Assembly (NCBI RefSeq): GCF_009914755.1
Contig: NC_060926.1
Strand: one strand, 5' to 3'
Origin: the human T2T-CHM13v2.0 reference genome, Homo sapiens
DNA length: 64,000 nucleotides
In this document: piece after piece, positions 12,134 to 23,366 of the stretch
Layout of the letters: each line of letters opens with the position of its first letter
How positions within the stretch are numbered: the first letter of the stretch is position 1
Made by a program: the position numbers and the translations under genes
The notes under the pieces: model-generated
Told to the model about the DNA's origin: nothing
The model's input: the letters and a program-made list of their open reading frames with translations, nothing else
The model's database searches: none

Positions 12134-13750
12134 CCAGAACCCAAATTTAATGAGCTTTGATCAAAAACAAAGTTTACATCTATACCAAAAGTCAAGGGAG
12201 GAACTAACTCTTCCTCTTTGCTGTTCTAAATCCAGGAAATCAGCTTATAAATTGTCAATATTAAGCCAATTTAAAAAAATTCACCTTACTTATATCCCTT
12301 CTTACTTGCATTTAACTTGTCCATAGGGACAAGCCAAATTTTGTTAGCATGTTCTGGTCTTTAAAGGAGCATCCTCAGGATACTGATGAACAGATTTCTT
12401 TTTGGCCATATATTTGTCATGAAAATTGCTGAGACTGAACTGACACAAGATTGGTAAACACCTCCATAATAATGTGAAGGTGAAATGGGGAGAAAAACTA
12501 TAGCTTTGCTATGACTTTGATGGAAAGCCAGCCTCCACCCCACCCCACCAATCAACTAATACTAGCAAATGAAAATGCTCAGCATATGCTATGAAAAAAA
12601 TGAGTATGGTTTTCAATTCCCACCGATGTCATTTCTGAAACACTTGGCATAAGACCTATGAGACTGGGAGGCTGTTATTTGGTTTTACCCATTCTGAAAA
12701 TTACAGGGAGAAAATCATAGGCTGGTATCAGGTGTCCAAATCTTCATCTCAAAGGGTGAATCATAAAACTATTATAAAAAATGTATCCTGCTGCAGTGAC
12801 AGCTGTCATCCCAAATCTACCCAGTGCAGAGAGCTGTGGTGGCAGTCATTAATGCTTTAAATGTGAGATTAGGTTGCGGTGTTTAATGGTGTGGACAAGA
12901 AACTTTTTTAGAAAGTTATTGGAAGTAAAACATCACCCCTTTGATAATGGAAAAAACAGCCTAAGGATATGAGATCATTTATGTAATTATGCAAAGTATT
13001 GTATATTGATATTATTGTGTGGTTTTTGTGTGTCTTTCTTACTTGTGAGTAGGTGAAGTTTAAATTAAAGAGACGACTCATTTTGTTACTGTTGCTTTTG
13101 ATGTTGGCAAATCTGTCCTTAACTACTATTTTAGAAAATGTGCAAAGTATCATTATGACAAACACAAAGGATCATAGAATTTTGAAGAAGAACCTGTTTC
13201 ATATGAAAGGAAACTGAGGTCAGAGAAGAAGTAAATCTCAAGCTTACATTTCTATACTCAGTTAGCTGCAGAAGAAAGACTAGTACTTAAGTTTTCAATG
13301 TTTTGTTTGGTAATGAGTCAAATATTACTATGATAACTGGAGCAAGGCCTAAAATATTTTTGTTCTCAGCCTTTGCTGTTGTAATTTCTACTACATTAGG
13401 ACTTTGCCTGCAAACATTTGGTGCCCCTTGAATTATGACAGAAAACTCAGAATGCCGATGGTATGCATTCTGATTTTTTAAGCCAAAAAGTTCAGAAACT
13501 GCAAAACTGAATCTCCAAGTCAACTCCCATAAAATCAATCACAAAGACAAATCAAACAGGAGTTAGGGGAAGCCTCTTCTATTGAAGTGAACCACATCAG
13601 AATGCCATGGAATTAAAAAAAAAATCATACAGAATACCAAGGAGTTAAATAAAACAGCACTGTACTTTCTCACTCCCATCCCCTCCTGAAAATGCTTTCT
13701 TACATTCCCCGTGCTTAGAAAGATCATTCCAAACTTGACAGGTCATTGAC

Positions 13751-14098
13751 TGCAGTGGTCTGAATGTTTGTATCTCCCCAAAATGTGCATGTTGAAATCC
13801 TAACCCCCAAGAAGATAGTACTAAAAGGTGAGGTCATTGGGAGGCAGTTATGTCCTGGGGCCACAGCCTTCATGAATGGGATTAGTGTTTCTAGAAAAGC
13901 GGCTCCAGAAAGCTCCCCAGCCCCTTCCACCATGTGAGGGCATCTATGAACCAGGAAGTAGGCCCTCACTTGATGCTTAATTGGATTGTGCCTTGATCTT
14001 GGACTTCCCAGCCTTTAGAACAGTGAGAAAGATTTGTTTTTGTTGTGTCTAAGTTGTTTATAAGGATTGTGTTACAGCAGTCCAAACCAACTAAGTCA
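13751..14098 (+). mobile_element. MaLR LTR (MLT1A-like)
   Basis: TGGTCTGAATGTTTGTATCTCCCCAAAAT..GTTGAAATCCTAACCCCCAA..CTTGATCTTGGACTTCCCAGCCT..TGTTACAGCAG..ACTAAG. Confidence 0.85.
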
Positions 14099-15499
14099 CT
14101 GACATTCTGAGATAATTTACCTTTCCTGAACACTCTGTTGCATCCTTCTTGGAAGCATTTCTGGAGCAGAGCACCCACTCTCACCTCTTTGGTCAGGCTG
14201 TTTATCCAGCAGCTTCTAGAAAGTAGAAGAGCTGTAATAAATCACAGACTTTTGATGATAAAAGAAAGAAAGAAAAAGAATCACCTTGGAGCTGGATAGA
14301 TTGAGTATTGCTACACAGAACCAGACATCCTCATTCCTTCATCTTTCCCACCTTCCAAAAACCTAGCACTCATTCCATCTCTAGTGGGTTTCCTGAGATC
14401 ACATGCTGTCAATGCATTAAAACAAGACAAAAAAAACCCAAGAAACCATTTTTGTTACCTACACTGTGATCTTTGTATTAAACCATTTGAACATGAGTTA
14501 TGTAAGGTCTGATTCCATAGGGTTTATTAAAGTAAAATTGTCTTAGCAAATCTGTCTGTTCCATTTGACTCTGAAGAATAATTGGTTAATGACAGAATAA
14601 TTGCTTTGTTCAGACATGATTACTGAAGAAATCTTCCATCCATATGTTGCTGAATAATAGGAAATTCTCCAGTAAAGAGGGGACAATGATTAGAAGAAAC
14701 AAGATAGCTCAAGAGAATATTCCCCAATGTGTTACTACATTTTTTTTTAAAACAGGACAACTCTAAGTAAGTATAGAGTTTCTTTGTACAAGCCTGGAAA
14801 TGCCTAATAGGATTAAACTGTTTGCCGAAAAAGCACTAGGTAGGTTTCTTTGTCTTTCAAATCAAAGAACTGTGACTTCTAATACTTTATGTGACCATAA
14901 TAGCTGTTTTCTATGCTAGTATCCTTTTTGTGACCTAATGTTATTCAGGTTGTGGTCTTAAAAGAGCTAAGCTGAACGTTGATAATTCTCCAAATATTCA
15001 TCAATATGTTTGGTTAAGTTTCCTGCACAGGAATTGACCACAGGACAACCTGATAGGTTAGACCTTTGAGCAGAGGATAAAGGACACTGGATATGTATCA
15101 GTTTTACTTAAATTTTAAATGGCCTGCAGTGGCAAAGTGACGACTTGCTATATTTCAAATTTCTCAAAAATCAGCTACAATCAAATGGGAAAACAGTTTG
15201 TTTCAATAGAGCTGTTTTGGTTATCTTAATTACTAAATGCAAAGATACATTAAGACGCTCTAAAGAATAGAGTTTGCCTTTTATCCTGAGGGTTCACTCA
15301 TTCCTACTCCCCACCCAAATAAAACAAAAAACACAATTTCAGTTTTAGTTTCACATTACAAGTAAAAAAATACCAAACCAGTTCATTGCCTTAAATTCAT
15401 ATATGGACTTTTCTGCAAACGACTAATACACTATTTTTTAAGGTAGAGCTATATTTTACTTCTTTAGTTATCCTGCACAAGTAATAACTGACTTGAGCT

Positions 15500-15950
15500 G
15501 AGCACCTATGAATAGAGCTGAAGGTTGTAGTAAAATAAAATTACAATTAAGATTATTTGTTTGAAGAACAAAGCATTATGGACACCACTCAGAGCAGTTC
15601 ACTCTAACTGGGAATCAGGGAGTTTTCACAGAATACAAGCTATTTCAGCTGTGTTTTGATGAATAAGTAGGAGTTCATCCAAGTGAGCAAGAGGCAAGTC
15701 CAGTGTCGATAACAGCCTGTGTAAAGATGTAGAGTCATTCAAGGATGCAGCAGGTTCAAGAAGCTGATAGTTTGATATAGCCAGAGTGTAGCTCTGTGGA
15801 ATTTTCATATTTAATATGATTATTTGAGGCACACAGGACAAATAGAAAAAGCGTGCTTGAGCTCAGCAACACGGGTGGAGTTTAAAACATAAACTGGGTG
15901 TAATCAGTGTGTAGATATTAATTGTTACCGCAAGACTCAGTGAGAACACC
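15500..15950 (+). mobile_element. L2 fragment
   Basis: Purine-rich degenerate L2-like sequence (TGAGCACCTATG, GAATAAGTAGGAGTT, TAATCAGTGTGTAGAT). Confidence 0.5.
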
Positions 15951-15953
15951 TAG

Positions 15954-16085
15954 AGGCCGAGCACGGTGGCTTATGCCTGTGATCCCAGCACTTTGAGAGG
16001 CCAAAGCAGGAGGATGACTTGAGGCCAGGAGTTCAACACTAACATGGACAATATAGAAAGACTCTATTTCTGTAAGATAAAAAAG
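15954..16085 (+). mobile_element. Alu left monomer (FLAM_C/AluJ)
   Basis: GGCCGAGCACGGTGGCTTATGCCTGTGATCCCAGCACTTTG..CTTGAGGCCAGGAGTTCAA. Confidence 0.88.
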
Positions 16086-16369
16086 AGCACATAGAAAGAA
16101 AAGAAGATGGAAGATCAAATCCAAAGAACCCCAATATTTATTTAAGATTCATGCACAAGAAAAAAAAAACAGCGACACTGGTAAAAAGTAAAATGAATCA
16201 AGGATTAAACACATAAAGAGAAATAAGTTTCATGGGTGTCAAAGGAGATGAAAGGTTGTCTGAGAATATGAGAGAAGGGAAGAGGTGACACAGGAGAAAT
16301 ACTGAAAAGATGCCATCAAATCTGGTATGTTGGAGGTTAATGATGTTAGTACCAAAAGAATTTTAAGGA

Positions 16370-16741
16370 AAGGTTTTGAAATACTGCCCCAAAATTATTT
16401 GACAAGCCCCCCATCAAGTATGGTAGCATGAAAGCTCTGTTGGCCTAGGAAACTGACAGCTCCCACTTCCTGTCTCTTGAATGCTTGCTCTTGGCACACA
16501 GACATCATGCTCTGAGCCAGCCCAAGAAGCCCATGGGAAGCCAAGCCCCAACTCCCAGCCATGTATAATCCCTTGCATAAAAGATCAAACAGCTAACAGT
16601 CTAGTCACCCTACTGAAGAGAAATGAGACATTCCTGTAGAGCCCTGCCCAAATGGCAAATTCATGATAAAAATAAATAATTGGTATTGTTTTAAGACAAT
16701 AGGTCATAAGCAGGTTTATTATGCAGCAACAGTAGCTAGAA
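16370..16741 (+). mobile_element. Old MaLR LTR (MLT1 family)
   Basis: GAGCCCTGCCCAAAT..AAATTCATGA..AAAATAAAT..TTGTTTTAAG..TTATGCAGCAACAG 3' end. Confidence 0.7.
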
Positions 16742-17673
16742 GAGCTGATGACAATGTTACATGGGGATTTGTTTTCAACTAGGTTGGTAATAAAGAGGAG
16801 TTGACTAGGACAGGGGTTTGAAGAAAGGCAGGATAGACATGAAAGTTTTTAAGGATTTAGAAGCCTCGAGCTAGATTGCAGAGGATACCTAAGAGAGTAA
16901 AGATTGAATATACAGAAGAAAGTTGCTGTTGTTCAACTGAAGGGAGGAGGAAATGCAAAGGGATGGGATGGAATCTAGAACACAAGTAGTTCCAGAGTTA
17001 GAGCTAGTGTTCAGCTTCAGGAACGGATAGACATTTAGAAGGACTAGGGATAAACTTCCTGCTAGAACAAAAGAGGTAAGAGTAATTGTAGATTTTTAAA
17101 CAAGAACCCTAGTAGTAAAACAACTATTGCAAGAGTCCTTCAGTCAAAATTTTCTAAATAACTTTAAGCAATTATAAAGAGAGCTTCTCTTTTAGATTAT
17201 AAGGGCATGGGGCATATATTATATTTTATTTATCTTTCTCTTCAACTTTTAACCCTTGCTGTCAAGCTGGGAGAGTAAGAACATTGGAATATTTGGAGTA
17301 CAACAGCATAGACTAATATGGAGTAGCATAATGTTGGATGTATGCAGGTTGACAATAATTTATGGAAATAATTTTAAGAAAACAGATGCTACCCATTGGG
17401 AAAGCCAGGAAACAAAGGTGCATTTTTCCCCATTGCTATACAAGTGAGATTTTCTGGGGTGCAAAGAAATAAAAGCATTATAGCCTTTAAAAGGATTTTA
17501 TAACTTTGACACCCAAAGAGGATATTAGCAAGAAATCTAGAGATGTAAATGCATCTTCAAAAAATTCCTACTCTATGCACTGAGTAAGAACTTCCTAGAA
17601 ACTTTAAGTTAGAACAACTCTCAGTTCCTAGGTGGTCAAAGAAGGAGCTAGGGATGGTGAAATATGCCAAGAA

Positions 17674-17964
17674 CAGGGGTTGGCAAATGATGTGCCCCAG
17701 GTCAAATCTGGCCCAATACCAGTTTTTATATAACCCAATAGTTAATAATGTTTTTAAATTTTAAATGATCGAAAAAAAAATAACAGGACAAGATTAATAT
17801 TTCATGCCAGGTGAGAATTATATGAAATTCACATTTCAACGTCAATAAATTGTTTTAGTGGTACAACGGCAGAGCTGAGTAGTCACATTAGAGATCATAT
17901 AGGTTGCAAAGCTTAAAATATTTGCTACTTTCTCGTTTTTCATGGAAAAATTTGGCAGCCTCTG
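17674..17964. mobile_element. hAT-Charlie MITE (MER58B-like)
   Basis: TIRs CAGGGGTTGGCAAA ... TTTGGCAGCCTCTG, with internal CAAATCTGGCCCA and AAAATATTT. Confidence 0.8.
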
Positions 17965-18269
17965 AACCAGAGGATCCTTTATTTTTTATTATTCTTGCTT
18001 TGAAATACATGTATTTCCCTTCGTATCTGTTCCCGTGGAGTAAAGTTTGATTAACATTAACTTATGTTAAAATTCAAGTTTGGGTTTTTTTTTTTTCTTT
18101 TTTTTTTAGGAAGAGAAATGGAATTTTTTAGTGGTTATTAATTTCTCTGTTTCTGAAAACACTTGGAAAAGTCCCAGGTTCTTAGTTTGTGTCTACCACT
18201 GGGCTGATATCTCCTCAGCAGTTGCACAGACTGCAAGCATATGCTCTTAGTGGAAACATTTTTCTAAAT

Positions 18270-19060
18270 CCATTTCAGAAGTATTTATTGAGCATTGTCC
18301 TAGACATTGGAAGTGTGGCAGAGAAAAGGACTGCCAAAGTCTCTGTCATCACAGAGGATATGTTCTTATAGTGGGAGGCAGCAATAAAAAGTAAACAGAT
18401 GAACCAGATAAGTTGAGATTATTGTAAGTCATATATATATATAATGAATGGGGGTGGAGAGTGATTTGGTGGGGATAGGGGGACTTATGGAAACAAGGAA
18501 GGGCTGTCCAAGGAAATTATCCTTGAGCTGAAGCCTGAATGAGAGAAGGAATCAGCCATGCACAAAACCCAGGGAAGAGTGTGCCAGGCAAAGCAAGTAG
18601 TAAATACAAGGTCTGCAGGCCAAGACCAACTTGTGGTCTCTGAGGAAGTGCAAATGCAAGACTCATTTAGTGAGGAAGTGGAGAAGGTGGTATGAAGGAA
18701 AACAGGGCAGGGGAAATAAGATTGATAAATAGGGACAGACTTTTAAGTTATTGGCTTTTGGGTCATAGTCAGAAGTTTGAATTTTATTCTAAATACAACA
18801 GGAAGCAACTGGTAGACTTTTAAATGGGTGGAAGGTGTGACGTATGATTACATTTTCAAAAAAGCCATCTGGTTGCTATGTTTGGACCTTGTTTTCATGA
18901 TTGCAAGAGTGGAGGCAGAGACTATTGGGGCTACTGCAGAAGGGGGTGAGAAATGGCAGCTGTGGGGCCCAGACAGATGGTGAAAAGAGGGAAAACATGA
19001 GCTATGTTTTGGAGGTAAAGCTGAAGTCTTGAATGTAGACATGTAAGGTAAAATAAAAGG
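18270..19060 (+). mobile_element. L2 fragment
   Basis: TATTTATTGAGCA..TTGAGCTGAAGCCTGAATGAGAGAAGGAATCAGCCATG..TTTTATTCTAAAT..GGAGGCAGAGACTA. Strand given as the purine-rich reading. Confidence 0.75.
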
Positions 19061-19825
19061 AGTAAAGTTAGAAAGAAGCAGTGTTTTGAAAATGATTCCA
19101 AGCCCGTATATTTCGGATATATTGAGATAAAAGTCAGGCAAAGGCTCGGAGGAATCCAGCCCTAGAAGTGCCTGAAATCACTAGGGTTGGAGAATGAAAG
19201 TGAAGTTTCTGTAGGTAGACTGGGAATAACCTCAGCATCTAAGAGAAAGGAAAGGGTCCTGGGGTAGATGCCATGGAATAGATCCTGCAGCTAGAGGTGA
19301 AAAACAAAACAAAACAATCAAAGGCACTAGCACAGGATAGCGGCAATTCATAATGGAACAACATCTTGAGATTAAAAAAAAGTAACACCAAACACTTTGA
19401 GGTCTAAAGAAACCCCAAATTAGAAAAGCAATCAGGTTTTTAGTTTTAGTTTTGTTTTTTTAGCGGTTTATTGTTTGTTTGTTCATTTGTTTTACAGGAG
19501 AGAGACTCGCAATCGACAGCATAGGTACCATCTTTTGCGTTGACAGCCGCTGATGGACACAGGCTTATGTTCAATTCATGTGACATGGAAAGTTAGACAA
19601 AGTTTAAATACATTCACCGATAACAAAGTCCAATTTTCAAGGTTGGTAAGGACAACCAGGTAGTCTGGCAGAGGGATAATCCTATTTCAAAGGCTCTAGT
19701 CCTGATGCTGGCTCCCACATGCTCAGATTCACACACATGAACATTCATTGCCTACATGACACTTGTGTAAGTCTTGCAAATTCTCTGAAGCTTAAGAGTG
19801 GTTGAAATTTGAAAATAAAGCCATT

Positions 19826-19960
19826 AACTATATAACTTTGATTTATAACTATATAACTTTGATTTATAACTATATAAATTTTAACTATATAAGTTAACTA
19901 CATATATATGAGTTAATTATAAAATCATGTGACTATAGGATTTTAAACTATATAAGTTTT
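19826..19960. repeat. 21 bp tandem repeat (AACTATATAACTTTGATTTAT) with palindromic AACTATATAAGTT variants
   Basis: Two full units followed by degenerate copies. Confidence 0.85.
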
Positions 19961-20089
19961 CTTATATCACAATACATATAGTTTGTAAGTTTAAAAAATT
20001 TTAAAGAGAATTCAAAGGTTTTACTTTTGTATAAAGGGCATGAATTTTGACAATTTCTGAAGCTCTACTGGAATCCAAATTCCTCTATG

Positions 20090-20175
20090 GACAGGTAAGC
20101 TAAGTAAGGCAAAGTGAGGTTAGTGACTTGCCTAAGATCACAGAAACATTGAGTAGCACTTCTAGTACCCAAATC
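20090..20175 (-). mobile_element. MIR fragment
   Basis: GAGGTTAGTGACTTGCCTAAGATCACA core. Confidence 0.7.
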
Positions 20176-22860
20176 ACAGGTTTTTTTCTTAAAAGTCAGA
20201 TATAATTGTATATTTAACAGCAGAAAGAGAAACTTCCACCCAAAGTTGACCTCTTGCAACAGACAGAGCAAAGTGCCACAGTGTACACACAATGTTAAGA
20301 AGAGTCTGATTCCAGTAAGATCCTGGACTAACAAACACTTATCTTAGATATATTTGACACTATAATCAACCTCCTTGAGGAAGAAAAAGAGTACTTAGAA
20401 CGAAAATATTTAGTTAAAATAATTCTTGGGTTTTTTTCCTAAATTTCTAAATTTCTTAAAATATTTCCCTCTAGATCCCCCCAGCCATGACAGCTAACTT
20501 TTTCATTGTGATTCCACATTTCCTGGTCTTCGTCTGTTCCAGTTAAGGGCTGGCAAATGCAGAAAAGATCTTCAAGGTTTTCAAGATGGTTTATTTAAAA
20601 GTTCTAGGTGGATAATTTATGTCCATCCTCAGTGTATTCACATCAATTTCCCCACCCCACCCTCACAATATGACAGGCAAAACTCTTTTATTGCAACAGC
20701 ATTTTTTGGCATAGCAATATGCTTACTGTTTTGTTTATAGCAAAAAAAAAAAAAAAAAAAGAAAGAAAGAAGAAAAAAAGAAAAGGCTTAAAGTGCTACT
20801 TTTCTTCTCTTCTTTTAGAAGCAATCAATCTCCCTCTTACTGAGCTCTTACTATAGGCAACCACTATCCAGAATTATACCACATCAGCTGTGTGGGAAAA
20901 AATGCACGCATTGTTTCTTTTTTTCATGAGCAAAGTAGTATTTGCCAGTTAAATCCCCAGGTATTTAGCTTTCCAACAGTCAGATATAAAATTAGCAAAT
21001 GAAACATCTGTTCCTCACTATTATTTTATAATCACATTAATTGGCAGATGTCTTTAGGTAACAGAGAAAAGCATATCAGCCATTACTTGTATTTCCATGG
21101 GGTTATGCTTGTGGCCACTGGATATCACACACCTAAAAGACCATCTCAGCAAGAGATCAAGGTGACACTGGACTCAGGAGCTGGCTTTCTCCCTACTCAA
21201 AGCCTCCTGACAGTAGGGCCAACTGCCCACTGACAAGTGCAAACCGGATGCCCTGTTATATGTTGTGGTGGAGAACCTTACCCTCACTGCTGCCAGGTTT
21301 GGGTTTTCAATTATCATGTAGTTTGCACAAAAGCACTGTGCCAATTCAATTACTGCCTGATTAATGGAGTGTTGCAGGTTTATTTCAGGGGTCTAGCTAT
21401 CTATTAATTAGCATATTGGGGCCTATACTCTACTGTTTTGTCCTGATATGCTTTGAAAAGTCCCCAGTGCAATTAAAAACTCTAATATGCTTTAAATAGT
21501 TATTTGAGAAAACACATCCAGACTTTTTTAAACTCCTCAGGGATTGTTAAGCACATCCAGATTTATTATAAGGCATCTAAAGTTTCTTTAAAAGCACATT
21601 CTTCTTTCCTCTACTAGGTTCTGGGGTATATCTACAGTAGAGCTCCTGTTTCCCAGATCTGCGAGAGGAAGAATCCTCAGAAAAGATCTTGTTGGAGCAT
21701 TTCGCACGGTTTGCTTCCCTTCCTTAGTATCTACTGGAGTTTGCTTTGAATCGTAAACTTGATCAGGGGTTGAACGTAAACTGGAACCTTTCAAAGTCCC
21801 TAGATTGAGTTTCGTTGGTATTCAATTAAGACAAGCAACTATGGACGAATTATGCACAATATTACATTTCCTTGCCTCTCCTACCTTTCTTTCCTTTTGC
21901 TGGAGATTGTCATTAAGACAATGCTCCCCAGTGGGCAAATAAAGAGCCGCTTATTAGTAGCCACTGTGAGCCACTGTTAGGTGTTGAGTACAGATGGGCT
22001 AGGAAAACATATAGGCTCTTTCATTAATCCTAGAAAATTCCAATGGGCAATTCAAGATGTTACACTTGTTGCACTTGCTTGCAATAGAAGACTCATGGAG
22101 GATAAGACTGGAATAGGAGATTGTGGCTGCCTGTTAAGATCCAGGCTAACCCTGTGTGTTGTATCTTTGTCATTGAAGAACACTGATTATGTTGTGACAC
22201 CAGAAGTCTGAACAATAAGTGTTATGCATAATATAGTAAGTGGTATATGCATATAAAATATGTGTGATATATATAAATATGTAACATGACAAAATGTATG
22301 TAATATATTAATATATAAAATATAGGCAATACATTGAGAATCTGGGTCTGTGGTCAGTAGGTGAGATAACTGGGAATTAGAGAGAGCAGGAAAGAACAGT
22401 GGACAGTGAGGAGGTCATTTCAAATGCAACAATGGACTGATGAAAAATAACACAGAAGCCAGGTGATAGATTTCCCGACATATTAAGATATGAGCCAACA
22501 GTTGTGTCATGTGTCACCCAGCATCTAACCTAAGTGTCTCCAACTACAAGATGGGGATAATGGCCTGAAGACTACAAAACATAATGTAATATTTGCCAAT
22601 ATTTTCCTCCGTGGTAGAAAGAATGTTACATTACATGCATCCAGTACAGCACAACTATTTCACAGTAGTGATTCTATAAAATCTCCACACACAGCAGTTC
22701 TCCAATTATCTTTGCGAATGAATGAAGTATTTACCACCATAGGTCTAACGGATTTAAGGTCTAACTGTATCCAACACTAGGCTTGATACAAAACACTAGG
22801 ATTAATACAAAACAATTACATGGATACAGTTTCCCCCATACTGTTAGTCCATACAGGAAC

Positions 22861-23366
22861 TGTTAGGGTTTTCGAAATCAGCAGAACCAATAGGAAATAT
22901 ATATAAAAATATATATATGAAAGGGGAGATTTATTATAGGAATTGACTCACAGGATTATGAAGCCAAGAATCTGCCATCTGCAAGCAGGAGAACCAGGGA
23001 AGCTGGTGATGTAATTCAGTCTAAGTTGAAAGACCTGAGAACCAGAGGGAATGCTGATGTGAATTCTGGGGTCCAAAGACCTGAAAACAGGAGCTCTGAT
23101 GTCTGAAGGCAGGAGGAGACACATATCTCAGCTTAAGAAAAGAAAGAGCAAATTCGCTCTTCTTCCACTTTTTTATTCTACCGGACTCTAACTAGATTGA
23201 ATGAGGCCCACCCACACGGATGAGGGTGATCTTCTTTAGTCAGTCTACTGATTTGAATGCTAATCTCCTCTGGAAACACCCTCACAGTCACACCCAGAAA
23301 CAATGTTTTACCAGCTATTGGAGCATCTCTTAAAGCAGTCAAGTTGACACATGAAATTAACCAACA
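22861..23366 (-). mobile_element. ERVL LTR (MLT2 family)
   Basis: GTTAGGGTT..CAGAACCAATAGGA..GAATTGACTCAC..TGAGGCCCACCCACA..CAGTCAAGTTGACACATGAAATTAACCA. Confidence 0.9.
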
